In this document: positions 49,792 to 62,610 of the stretch, piece by piece
How positions within the stretch are numbered: the stretch's first letter is position 1
Layout: each line of letters begins with the position of its first letter
NCBI GenBank assembly: GCA_051294375.1
Contig: CM119271.1
Span: 15,134,770-15,198,769, forward strand
From: Paraspadella gotoi
Lineage: Eukaryota; Animalia; Chaetognatha
Direction of reading: 5' to 3'
Length of the DNA: 64,000 nucleotides
Notes under the pieces: generated by a model
The model's database searches: none
What the model was told of the DNA's origin: nothing
What the model saw: only the letters and a program-made list of their open reading frames with translations
Position numbers and translations under genes: made by a program

Positions 49792-52700
49792 ATGGCGCTG
49801 GTAGCGGTGGGCGGCGCGGCTCTGCCGGGCGCCGTCGCGGTGCCGGGCTGCTCCCAAGGCGGCGCCGCAGCGGGGCCAGCCTATTACCACCGTGACATCA
49901 CACGCCTTCGGGCGGAGGAGCTTCTCTTTCACGCGCGAAAGGACGGAGCCTTTCTCGTCCGAGACAGCGAGAGCGTTAAGGGAGCCTTTGCACTCTGCCT
50001 GCTCTTTCGGGGATGCGTCTATCAGTACAGGATATTGGCCGGGCCGGACGAGTGCTTGGCTGTGCAGGTTGGTAGGAGGGACGAGTGCTTGGCTGTGCAT
50101 TATGTGCAAGTGCGTAGGAAACAGAAGTGCTTGTCAGTGCAGCTGCGCAGTTGAGCCAAGTGCTTGGTGATGTAAATATTTGTGGGCGTTTTCGTGAAGC
50201 CCTTAAAAACTGTTTGAATGTCAAGCCAAGGTCTTCTACAGTCTCGAGTGCAAAGTCTACATGACAATTATATCCCAAACTTGGCCCTCTATCCCAAACC
50301 GAGGCGGATCGCGGCGTCGTAGGCAAAAAGTACAAAACCCTCGTCGATCTCATCAACGACTATAACGACGACAACAACGGCCTCGTTTGCCCTTTGCGTC
50401 ATCCCGTCGCCATGGAAACGAACAACGACGACGAGGACGACGACGACGACGACGACGAGAACGAAAACGAAGGTGAAAGTTCACTGAAACGAAAAAAAAG
50501 AAAAAATTTTTATGTTCAAATTCAGAATTAAATTAGTTTTTAGGTTTAGGGATTAGGTTTAAAGATTAGGTTTAAGGATTAGGTTTAAGGATTAGGTTTA
50601 GGGATTAGGTTTAAAGATTAGGTTTAAGGATTAGCTTGGGGACCTCTAAAAGTTAAGCTTATGGATTAGGATTTATGGTTAAGATTTCTGTTAAAGATTA
50701 GTTTACTAGGGATTAGTTTATAAATTCAATAAAAAATTATAGTTAAATATTAAGAAACGGAAATGCGGCGCTTTTGAAAAATGATAATATTATTTCTTTT
50801 TATTGATGCATCCATTGTTATTTATTAACTTTAAATCTTAACCAGGCGTCGACGAAACTCTCAGTCCTCTCATCAATGGACACGTCCGACCAAGAGAACT
50901 GACCCTCGGTGGCGTTAACAACAACAACAACCCAAACGCCAACGTCATCGTCGTCAATGGCAACAATAACAACAACGCGTTTCCGGCCAACGGCGTCAGG
51001 AGCGGGGACGCTGGCGGCGGCGGCGGCGTTGCGGACCGGTTGCAGCGGAGGTAAGAGTTTAAAACATTATGCCACTTTATACCCAGGTACTCAGGAATTC
51101 TGGGAGTGAATAAACTAGACTGAGATAGTCTTAATTGAAAGCTTGCAGGAGACCTTGCTATGTCATTATCTTGTAAGAGTGATGGAGGCCTTAACTAACC
51201 AGTCCATGGGGCAAGATAGATTTATATTGGTTGTACCAATTTCATATGAAACTAAGACAGATAGTAATCTAACCTTGTGTTGTATCGATGCTCCCTCTAT
51301 TTCCAGAAGACAACACCTACTTCCCCTTCCCAAATTGAATTATTAGATAAATAAAACATTTTTAAAAAAGAAAGCAATATATATTTGTTTAAATAATATA
51401 GATTAAATACTAAGTCTTTCATAAAATATAAAAATAGAAAATAGTGAAACAAGTAATTTGCAAATTTTTATATATGTTCTAAAAATGCTTCTTGTATTCC
51501 ATGTATAATCGGAATTAATTTAATATTAAATAACTTATATTCTCATAATATAATAGATAGACATATTAGACATAATGACAGATTGATCAAAAAAGTGACC
51601 TTTAAAAAAGTGACCTTTAAAGTTTCTAGGCGAGTAATCGCCGCGCATCTAAAAACAGAAAATATAAGGGAGGTCAGTGGAAAATAAAAGAGAGGTCAGT
51701 GGAAAATAAAAGAGAGGTCAGTGGACAATAAAAGAGAGGTCGGTGGAAAATAAAAAAGAGGTCAGTGGAAATAAAAGAGAGGTCGGTGGAAAATAAAAGA
51801 GAGGTCAGTGGAAAATAAGAGTCAGTAGAAAATAAAAGAGAGGTCAGTGGAAAATAAAAGATAGGTCAGTGGAAAATAAAAGAGGTCAGTGAAATATAAA
51901 AGGTAGGTCAGTGGAAAATCCAAGAAATCAAAACAGCGACAATAACAACAGTATCAACATTAATAACATTAACAACAACAACAACAACAATAAAAAAACA
52001 ACAATAACTAATCAACAACAGGAACAACAATAACAGAATCAACAGTAATAAAAACTGGAACAACGACAACAATAACAATATCAACAACAAGAACAAAAGG
52101 ACATAATCCCTAAGAAGCCCTTCCCTCTCTTCTCAGACTGAGTTGCCTGAACACCAACGACGTCGACAACGCCTTCGTCCAACTCCTCGTCTCTTACGTC
52201 GAGGAAGGAGCTCGACGAGACGCCGTCCAGCTGCAGAGTCAGGTCGCCGCGTCGGCGGCTGCGGCCTCGGTGCAGCCTCATTACTTGAATCAACTGGTGC
52301 TGGAATCGGCGGCGGAGTTGTCCACGCAACTCGACGCTTTTCTTAGGTTTTGCTTTTTCGTTTCCTCTCGTTGTAGTTTTTATCAGCTTAACTTTACTAA
52401 ATTAATTAAAAACCAATTAATCAACCTATCAATCAAAAATAATAAATGAATCATTCAATTGATAAATAATTTAATGAATGAAGTAATCAGTCCCTTAATC
52501 GATCAATCGATGAATGCATAAATAAATTAATCATTTAATTAATTATTAAATCAATCAATCAATCAATTAAATCAATCTCCCTTCAGAAAAATCTCCGTTC
52601 TCCACCGCCTCTTCTCTCGCGACGACGACGACGATGACAACGACGACGACCCCTCCTCCTCCTCCTCCCCACGCGACGCCAATGACGACGATCTCGCTGC

Positions 52701-55700
52701 TCTGCAGGACCGACTCTCCCGCTGCCGCTCTGCCGTGTCCTCCATGCGTAAGAAGGCGGCCCTGTCCTTGAAGGACTCTTCCTCGGCCGGCGACGCGCTC
52801 GACTCCGACCCTCGCTTCCTCGATTCGGCGCACCCGTCGTCCCAACGGCTCGTCGACGGACTCCCTTCGCCCGACGTTCGACCGCTTCAACCGGACGACT
52901 TTGCCCGACGCGCCTCTCGCTCTTCGGCGGGCATGAAGTGCGTCCCCATGCTCCCGTCGCCGACGAATCGGAGGCCGAATATTCCTCTCTCCAACTTTCT
53001 CGTCAAGCAAGAGTCGACGGGACCTTTGAGTGTCTTGTCGCTGAGGGAGACGAGGCTCACGTTGACGGTGGATATTCAGGTTTGTGGGATAAGGGTTTGT
53101 TTAATGGCGATTGAAATCGTAAATGTCAAGAATTTAAAGTTTTCTGTAAACTGTTTCAGCAGGACCACAATGTTTAAACAGAAATATCTGATAAAGTCGA
53201 GTAAACACTAATAATGGAGTACTCAACGCCTTTGAAATTGTATGTTTTTTTGGTTTTAAGTTAATCAAAAACAATTACAAAATTAATTCACTTATTGGTC
53301 ACACAAGTACAACCCAGTGGTTCCAAGTACAACCATTACAAACTTTATCCAATATCCATTCATTTATTGAGTGAGTTCTCTTGCCTTCTGGATTCTCACT
53401 TTAGACTAGACGATCCTTTCCCTTCCCACCATTTTTCCCGCCATTTCCATTCGCCTCAGGGCGGGAAACTCTTCGCCGTGAAAAACGACACCCACGTCTT
53501 GGACGACTCCAACACTTTCGTCCACGAGAAAATCCTTCAACTCATCAAATCTGTGGACAACAATTCCAAATTGGGACTCGTCGTTGAAGGAAGAAAGAGA
53601 GACGACGTTCTCTTTGAGAATTCTCAAGCGAGGGAGAACTTTTGCCAGTTGGTGAGATGGCAGAGATGAGAATGGGGGGGGGGTTCGCCAGTTGGTGAGA
53701 TGGCAGAGATGAGAATGGGGGTTTACCTTTTCAAATTTTCGATAATAAAAAATAATTAGCCTTTGTTGTTGTCTTCCGTGAGCCGAAAACTGGAATAACC
53801 AATCGAAAAAGCTATGGAACAATTACTATTTTCTATGTGTAAATTGACAAAAATAATCTCTTTCAGGTTCAACAACTGAAAAACCTCCATACTCGCGGCA
53901 CAGAACCCGATCAAATCTCCATCTTCGTCGGATCTTGGAACATGAGCGGCGTCGTCCCTCCTCATCATTTCTACTCATGGTTCAGATCGAAAGGAATGGG
54001 AAAGACGAGGGACGCTATGTTGCACGCGATTCCTCATGATATTTACGTGATCGGCACGCAGGAATCCTCCATGCAGGTTAGTGTGTGTGACCTACTGTTA
54101 AAGATACCTTGGTGATCACAAGAGAACTCCTGGTTAAGAGTTTACTAGTTAAGTGTTTACTACCTACTACAATTTTAAAAAATCATACAAAAAAAAAAAG
54201 ACTAAGAAACGGTGGAATATTATAATGAGCGACATTAAAGAGTAAAAAAATACTATTTTTGCTGGGTTTTTTTTTTTATAAGGGGGTGATGAACCTCAAG
54301 GGCCTATACGAGCGAGCCATAGTCAATTGAAAAAGCAGATAGGGAGAGAAATGTTGGACATAAACTCTCGACGTAATCAGGAAGACTAATGAAAAAAAAA
54401 AAGAATGTTCGCTTCCAAACAACTGGCCAGATGATCTATCCATCTATCCATCCTACCTTTTTCCCTAACCTCCCATCCCAGGAAAAAGAATGGGTAGAGA
54501 AATTGAAATCGACTTTGAAGAAACTTTTCTTTATCGAATTTCTTCACATCGCGACTGAATCTTCTTGGGGTCTGAGACTCGTTGTGTTGGCCAAACCCGA
54601 ACACGCCCTCAGGATCACTCACTTAGAACAGGTGGGGCCAAATTGACTCGGAAAATTTGTCTGAGCTTTAACTTTCCAACCGTTTCGACTATTGTTGTCT
54701 CCTGCTCCATAAATCAATGTGGTTGGCGATAAGAAATCGATTATGATTGAAAGATGACCCAGATAACGAACATACATTATGGAAAAAGTTGATCAATTTG
54801 GAAATACCAATATTTAGTTTCAAATAGGCGACCAAACGTAGTCCCTAAAACAATCGGTGTAAATAAAAAAAAAAATCTTAAATCCTTAAATCCGAAATGC
54901 AAATAATCCCCTTTTCCTTAAATCTCCGATGCCCAAAATCCCCTATTCTCCAATCTCAAATCCCCACAATCCCCAATCCACTCTCACCAAAAGTCAACCG
55001 TCAAAACGGGTCTCGCCAACGCTTTGGGCAACAAAGGCGCGGTGGGCGTGTCCTTCCTCTTCAACGGAACCTCGTTCTGCTTCATCAACTGCCACCTGGC
55101 GTCGGGGGCCGAAAAATGCGACAGGCGAAACCAAAACTTTCGCGACATTTTGCGCGGATTGAATTTGGGTCAAGCGAAGGCGCCTTTCGATCTCGTACAC
55201 TCCTTTCATCACATCTTTTGGCTGGGTCAGTTTTTTTTTTTGGTTTTTGTTGAAAATTGACAATCATCTCTAATGCCATTGAGGAATTACTATGATGTTG
55301 GTGTACGCTGATGTTCGCGTTATGAGGTTTCGGGGTAAATTTGGCTTTATTAACCTGACCTTGGATGTGTCTTATGCAAAGAATTTTCTTTTAATGGATT
55401 TATTCTTTTATTTTTATTTTAAACAAGAAATGATTGACTGGTTCTTAGTTACAAGCTTGAAATTGAATCTACTCTGATTATTTGTTTGAGCGAATTTTAA
55501 AAAAATACGAATAAAATCCAAAGCAAAACTAATGTGTAGACTGTACAGTTTTTCACAAATTTGGACGAGTAAAAAATTTTGCTAATGTAATTACTACTTT
55601 TTTAAACCCTCCAACTTTTTGCTCTAGGCTGCCTCAACTACATGGTGGACTGCGAGCCCAAAGCGGTCATCCAAGCCATCAAGACCCGCCAATTCCCTTG

Positions 55701-58700
55701 GATCCTCCAACGCGACCAACTGGGCATCATGCAACGCCACGGTCTCGCCTTTGCCGGCTTCAAGGAAGAGAGCGTCAATTTCCCGCCGACTTATCGATTT
55801 CAAAAGGGCAACCGGTCTGTGTACGAATGGCAACGGACAAAGAAGACGGGATTGTCCATCTATGTCCCATCGTGGTGCGATCGGGTAAGGAAAGATTCCT
55901 TTCTCGCTTTCCCTCTTTGAAAACTTTTCTCATGTTAATTTGATATCTTGCTCGATTGAAAACTTGGTTCAACCAATATAAAATTCATTCATTCATTCCA
56001 TAGATATTAAACAATAAAAAATAATATAATAAAAAGAAACAAATAATATTAACAATAAACACAAAGCCTGTCCAAAGTCAGGGGCAGGGTAGCTTATTTA
56101 TTAAATGAATGGATAATTTTTATATTGGTTGTACCAGTTTCATAAGACAAAGAACAATCTATTTTCTGTTAAAACACCTCAACAACATCTGTCATGTCAG
56201 GAGCGCATCTTTTTTAATTGTAACAATTTTTTATTAGTTTGTATGTTTATATTTAGTTTTGTCTAAGTATTACTAAAATCAATACCATCGAATTCCTTTC
56301 CCATAGGTGCTGTGGAGATCCTTTCCCGACACCCACGTGGTCAACACATCCTACGGTTGTCCAATCGATCTGACCTGCAGCACTCACTCGCCCGTCTTCT
56401 CTTCATTTGACGTCGGGATTTTCTCACAGTTTTCGGGGAAGGGCGGAGCGCAGGTGGGCGGGGAGTCGACAATAATGATGATGATGTTGAGGAATGAAAG
56501 TAGATAGAACATCTCAATTTGCCAATGATGATTCTTATATTGAATATCTTTAATTAATTGTAAAGTAATTCACAATCAAATGACGTGTGCCACTAAATCA
56601 AGACTGTTCCCACTTACCCCCCCCCGGCCCTGTCTCCAGGCACGCAACGAAGGCGCCTCCATCGTTTTCGATACGATGGAAGCAGAAGTCCGCACAATGT
56701 CGAAGCTTCGCTTCTATCTCGAGTTTCATTCTGTTTGCCTCGAGTATTCTGTCAAGTCTAAGGCCAACAAGCAGTACGACACGTGGAAGGAAGGACCGTA
56801 CTGCTGTCCGCTCTGGACCACGCATCAGTTGCCGACGTTAATTCCCATCATCGCCGACAGGTGGACGGGGGGGGGAGAATGATACGGCGGGAAAAGTGGG
56901 AGGTTAAATAAAATTATATATTAATGAAATATATCGGATACCCGGATTCGCACACTATGCAGTAGAGTGGAGTGATTTAAATATTGAGTGATTGAACAGT
57001 ATTTTTTTGCTGCTTATGGACATATAATTAATGAATTTTAAATCATTTTAAAATTTTTTTTAGCAACAGTATAATAAATTCAATTATTTATGTAGTAATA
57101 TCCTTATAAAATCGTTAAACTTCAAAATATTTTTTCTATTTTTAAAAACAGATTTGGATTCATTGTAAAAAACTAAGAAAGTTTTATAAAATGTTATATG
57201 ATATTTTAAAGTTTTAAGTTTTCTATGTTTATAAATTCTAAATACAGTATTAAATCACAGACGAAGCATTAAATTTTTTAAAAAATTAATTTGATGCTAC
57301 TTAAAATAAAATTGACACCCTGTAAAAAAGAAAAAAGAAAAAGAAATGACGCAATAAAATAAACGCGTACAGCATTGAAAGGACGTACTAAAAGTGATAT
57401 TGACTCAAAGAAATGATGAAAACACACTTCACTGAAAAAGATGTAATGAATTATAAGTTATAAAATGACGCATACGAACTTAAAGGAAAATTGACTAACG
57501 TAAAAATACATAAATAATTAAAAATTTACAATCAAACCCCGGAAGAAAATGAAACGTTCAAACTAATATAATTTTTTCTAATATTTTCCACAAATACTTT
57601 GATAAACGTCCCACGTTTTGATGTCTTCTAACCCCGCAATATGCAAATTAGAATAAACTAATTCTAATAATGTAAGAAATGAAACCCTCCGCTCCTTTCC
57701 ACCCCCCCCCAAATAAAGAGACTACCTCGAAGACCAACACCTCCTCGTCGCGGTCAAAGGGATCGACGAGGAAGAGTCCTACGGCGAATGCTGCATCTCC
57801 CTCAAGAATCTCTTCGTCGACGAGCCGGCCTTTTTCCAAGCGGCTCTGCAGCACCGGGGAGAGGAGACGGGGCGCCTCTGCGGAAAGCTGCACGTGCGGT
57901 TGGAGGAGGACGCCGCGACGGACGCAGCCCGGCCGGCGAGACGGCGACCCGCTCGAACCTACGAACTCATATCGTTGGAGAGAGAGGCGAGGGGAATGCA
58001 GCACCAGCAGCAGACGTCGATGCAACAGCAACAGTATCAGCAGCGCGACGCCGATTTTCCTCTCGTCAACTATACTCACTCTCCTCACAGAAACGGACAC
58101 GAGGGTAAGTTCTGGTGCGGCGCCGGCGGCGGTTCGGACACTTACCGGCTGCCCTACGACCCTTCCCGCCGCAGTCGCCGGTCGCCGCGCCGAGATTCCT
58201 CTTTTCGACCGGAAAATACGGAAACGCTGCTTCTGGAAACGCGGAAACCGGCGCCGGACGAAGACGACGGCGTCGGATGCGCGACGCCGGATTGTCTCGA
58301 CTGCGCCGTGCAGCAGAGTCTCAACTTTCGGGGCGTCGAAGACTTTTACGGAACCACATGGACGGACGACGGACGACGAGAGACGCGGACCGGCGCAGCG
58401 GCGCTGGCTCCACCCATCGCCGCAGCCGCCGCTGCGTCTCCGCAGATATACTGCCAGCCGCCGCCATCGACTCCGCCGCCGCCGCCGCCCGTCGCTTCCC
58501 ACGCCTTTCCTTCTTGCGCGCCGCCGCTACGAACGAAGAGCGTCCCGCCGACGCCGGCGGCGCCGCCACCGATACCCGAGGACGCCGCGGCGTCTTTGAT
58601 GATGATGATGGCGTCGGCGGTACCTCCGAGGAGATTCATCCCTCCTTCGGCGTCATCGTCGGGATGGACGCCGTCCCCGGGCGGCGTCAAAAACGCGGCG

Positions 58701-59558
58701 TCGAAAATAGAGGGAACGACGAACGACGACAGAGACAGAGACAAATCCCCTCTTCCTTCCTCCTCTTCCTCTTCCTCCTCCACGAGCAGCGGTTCCATCG
58801 AAGTCACCTCCGGCGTCGGACTCGCTCTCGATTCTATTCTCGATCAGTTGGCGGAATTCGGGGAAGGTGGCGCCGGAGACTTTAATGGCGGCGCCGTCGG
58901 TGGCGGCGTCAATGGCGCTATCGGAGCCGGCGTCAATGGCGCCCTATTTCAACTCGGTTCCATCCCCGAATCGTTTCAATCGTCATCTCCTTCGCTTCCG
59001 GTCAAATCGGAAAGCGACACCGCCATCGGAACTACGCCGGGGATCGGCGTAGTCGATAGCGGCGGCGATATTTCTCCCTCATTCGCCGCCAACGCCAAAG
59101 ATGGCAAAAACTACGACCGCCTCTTTCGTCGCTGCACGGCGGAGAAGCGATTTGTCGTCGCTCAACCGGCGTCGGTTTCTTCCTCGTCCTCGGCGTCGCA
59201 AATGTCGCCGGCGTCGAAATTCGGCGTCAGTCTTGGCGGCGTCGCCGGCGTTCTTTCCCCTACCGACTCGACGACGTCCGCCGGCGCCTCGCCCGAGTCT
59301 CCCGGCGTCATTTCTCCCTCGAACGGCGCCGTCAAAGTCAACGTGGACTACGCCAAACTCTCGCGGCCGAAGAGCGTCGCCGAGTGGCTGCGACTCCTCG
59401 GCTTGGGACGACATGCTGCGGCCTTCAGGAACAACGGATGGGATCAGCTGGAGTTTCTCTCCGCGTTGGCGGCGGGAGATTTAGATGAAATGAATATAGT
59501 TGGGAAAGAGGAGCAGGCAAGGATTCTGGAGTCGATTAAGGAAATGGGAAAAGGGTAG
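49792..59558 (+). CDS. INPPL1: SHIP2/INPPL1-like protein (SH2, PH-related, 5-phosphatase, C2, Pro-rich, SAM). Exons 49792-50067, 50304-50472, 50846-51050, 52137-52346, 52587-53079, 53460-53651, 53867-54076, 54482-54631, 54994-55225, 55628-55884, 56307-56453, 56640-56860, 57719-59558
   Basis: SH2 YYHRDITRLRAEELL...GAFLVRDSES; EPDQISIFVGSWNM; PHDIYVIGTQE; LGNKGAVGVSFLFNGTSFCFINCHL; FPPTYRF; PSWCDRVLW; C2 QLPTLIPIIADRDYLEDQHLL...ESYGEC; SAM EWLRLLGL...NGWDQLEFLS. All introns are GT-AG and phase-consistent. One-to-one orthology with INPPL1 versus INPP5D is not tested. Confidence 0.93.
50540..50635. repeat. 12 bp telomere-like tandem repeat
   Basis: (gattaggtttaRR)n in SHIP intron 2. Confidence 0.8.
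51068..51245 (-). mobile_element. Repeat family A fragment in SHIP intron 3
   Basis: gaaagcttgcagg...gttgtaccaatttcat. Confidence 0.7.
51668..51920. repeat. 22 bp minisatellite in SHIP intron 3
   Basis: (gaggtcagtggaaaataaaaga)n, about 12 units. Confidence 0.9.
56964..57300 (-). mobile_element. Partial copy of the same hAT MITE in SHIP intron 12
   Basis: tagagtggagtgatttaaatattgagtgattgaaca...ggacatataattaatgaatttt matches the reverse complement of ~20600-20908. Confidence 0.7.
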
Positions 59559-60312
59559 CAAGGGAGAGTGGAGTCGAATTTGGGAGGAGAGGGTAGCAGA
59601 GGATAGGGAAAGGATAGGAGCAGGGATACAAGAGTTGATCCAAGGATTCCTTAAAGACCCTGCTTCTCATTTGGATTAGATTCCTTTATTAAATTATGAA
59701 TTCTGTTTGGATCCATGAAATTCATTCGTAGTATTATGTATTAAGATTCGTTCAAAGTATTTATACATTCCTTGGCGACGGTTTATTAATTTGAAAATCG
59801 TTGTTTCATGTTTTTTGGTCATTTTGGAACAGTGCCTCTTTTTTTTGACATCGTCGTCGTCGTCAAAACGGCGTTTTTTAAAACGACATTTTTTTTCTAT
59901 TTGGCGATATTTATTGATTAAATTTATTTATTTATTAAATTAAATTTTTTAGTGTTAATTCGTTTTCGCCTCAAACGAAAAATAGAAAACTTTCTTGTTC
60001 CTCATATTAATACGTTTACAAATATTTTGAAAGAAAGTATTAAATTTATCTGCCAATCGGTCGTTTATTCACGAATTAAAACGACTATATTTCCGAAATT
60101 AATGTTTTTAGGGATTTAGAAATTAACATGTCAATTTAACTTGTCATTACCGTCATTACTAATACAAGTCCATGTGATATTCAACAACGGATGTTGCTTT
60201 TTTTAAGTTTAGGAATTTTAAAAAACGGAGTCAAAAAGTTACCCTTTTTTAAACTAAGCTAGACAGAAACTGACACGTTTTGAATGTGAAGAATGTGATT
60301 GACACATATTAC

Positions 60313-60451
60313 TTGATTGAAAGCTTGCAGGGACCTGCTATGTTATTATCTTTTAAGAGTGATGGAGGCTTTAAACCACCAAAGCCTGTCCAAAGTCAGG
60401 GGCGAGATAAATGAATGGATAATTATTTTTATACTGGTTGGACCAATTTCA
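60313..60451 (-). mobile_element. Repeat family A fragment
   Basis: ttgattgaaagcttgcagggacctgc...ccaatttcat. Confidence 0.7.
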
Positions 60452-60545
60452 TGAAATTATTACTCGAGTTATTCGTCTACGCGACTCGATTTATGCAAGG
60501 AGTATAATGTTTGTAGTTTTCTTGTATTAGCAAAATAATGCTCTT

Positions 60546-60799
60546 ATGGCAACAGCCGGGTTGCCTGTGATGCCCATAGGGATGGGGCATCTCACTGTTG
60601 GCTTTGGGGCTTCCGACCCTCAGTGACGCCTCCAGTCACTGGCGCGGTTACCCGAGGACGGTCTCGCTTTGCCAACGCAGAGGGAAGTCGTTAGGACTGT
60701 GGATGAAACACTACGCCTGGGATGGTGTGTTCCCCCTCTGAGCCAATGGATTTGGCTGAAGGATGGTGGACGTGAGGCGGAGTGAATAAACCGCCACAC
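60546..60799 (-). repeat. Second copy of the ~250 bp GC-rich repeat
   Basis: Reverse complement of 1983-2231. Confidence 0.75.
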
Positions 60800-60846
60800 T
60801 CTCTCGTTGTCTCTTCCTTTCGATCTTTCATTTCTTCCCCTCCCCT

Positions 60847-62579
60847 TTATCTCCCTTCCCCTCTTCCTCCTCCTCTTCCTCCCTCTCTTCCTCCTCCCCT
60901 TCTCACCTCTCCTGATCGATCAACGGCCTCTTCTTCTCCCTCTTTGACGTCCTTCCTAATCTTGACGGCCTGAGCAGCGTTGATTCCCGACCCACCGAAG
61001 ACGACTGTGTCGTTGTCGGCGAATTGACCCGCGTACAGGAATTGACCTTTGCCCTCCGCGTGGTGGACCTTTATTGGGGAAACGAATTTTCTTTTCATTA
61101 ATAGTTAATTCATGTCATTTAAAACTTGGAATTAAATAAAAATTCTTTGTATAAAGATTAATTTTATTTTACACAATTTTAATTTTGAAATGTTTTAAAG
61201 ATTGAACATTAACTATAAATTACTTTTGGTCTAAAACCTAAGAGATAGTTACAATTTTTTTTTTTAAATCCTAAACATTAATTGTAACGAAAAATAAGAG
61301 AATTATGTTTTTTTTTAAACAACGAATTTATTTAACATGAACATGCTTCGGCTTCAATGTTAGCCTTCAGCCTTCAGGCTTCATCAGCGCAAAATGATCA
61401 AAGCTTACATTGAAGCCGAAAGCCCGAAACATGTCCATTTTCATATTAATTAAATTCGTTGTATAAAAAAACTTTTCTCCTTTAAATTCTTTCTTTCTTT
61501 CATTTCGTTGTGTTGGTAGCATTAAAGTTTAATGCTTCCAACACAACGAAATGAAAGAATGAAAACAGAGAATTATGTTGAAAAGCCTAAACACCCGAAA
61601 GAGCAACTACAAAGTCAGTCTCTCACCTTGACAGTTTCTATGCATCTTCCAGAAGAATAGTCCCACAATTGAAGCGCATTCGTTGAAATCCAAGAAGCTG
61701 AGGAGACATGAGGAATAACATTAAAAAAACTAAATCGAATGATGGAACTGTATGTAGCAGGATAGCTGAGGTTTCGTTTATTTTAATCTAATTTACATAT
61801 TGTAGCAAATTAGATTATTTTTTATATCCGTATATTAATTTTTTTTAAATATTTTCATGGCATCGGAAAAAAAACTAATCGTCAGTTACCACACTGCCTG
61901 CAACATTTCCGGAGAAATATCGGTTCTCCCGTAGTTACTATTATCTTCTTTCAAGAAATAATACTTACTATCTCTGATGTATTATCACATTTGTTATCTT
62001 CGGAGTTTTAATCAGAGCTTATTATAATTTATAGTAACATAACTTTTGGGAAAGTATTTCGCTCAATGTTAATCTACAACTTATTTTTTTTATCTCGCCA
62101 GACGGGCGAATGCCCGACTTGGGTGAGATGTTAATTCGTTTCTGCTTTTTTTGACCGTAGTCGTCGTCGTCGTCACGCTGTTTTAACATTGAAAATAGCT
62201 CAAGTGTGTAACAATAGGAAGCTAAAAATTTAGATATGGCTTCTCATCATTGAGGTCTTTTAAATTGTTATGTTTCATATTCCTACACTCATTTGTTTGT
62301 TTTATTTACAAAACAATTTTTATATATATAGACGAGTTCAGCTCTGCAGCGGTTATCCAGCGGCTGTTCAGTTTCTCTCTATTTCTCTCTCTTTTTCTCT
62401 ATTTTAATTACATGTCGCTCTCTCTCTTTTTCCATCACAGCTTCTTTTGATTCGTCTAAAAACGAGTTCGCTCTGCAGCGGCTGTCCAGCGGCTGTCCAG
62501 CGGCTGTCCAGCGGCTGTCCAGTGGCTGTCCAGCGGCTGTCCAGCGGCTGTCCAGCTTCTCTCTCTCTTTTTCTTTTTT

Positions 62580-62610
<31 letters not shown>

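Noticed and set aside
50540-50635. Telomere or chromosome end
   Set aside because: Short degenerate 12-mer inside an intron, not a (TTAGGG)n array.
51668-51920. Possible CRISPR-like array
   Set aside because: Head-to-tail minisatellite without unique spacers, in a eukaryotic intron, with no cas genes.
57648-59484. Overlapping alternative-frame and antisense ORFs (284, 306, 256 aa)
   Set aside because: Shadows of the GC-rich SHIP final exon; only one frame has C2 and SAM homology.
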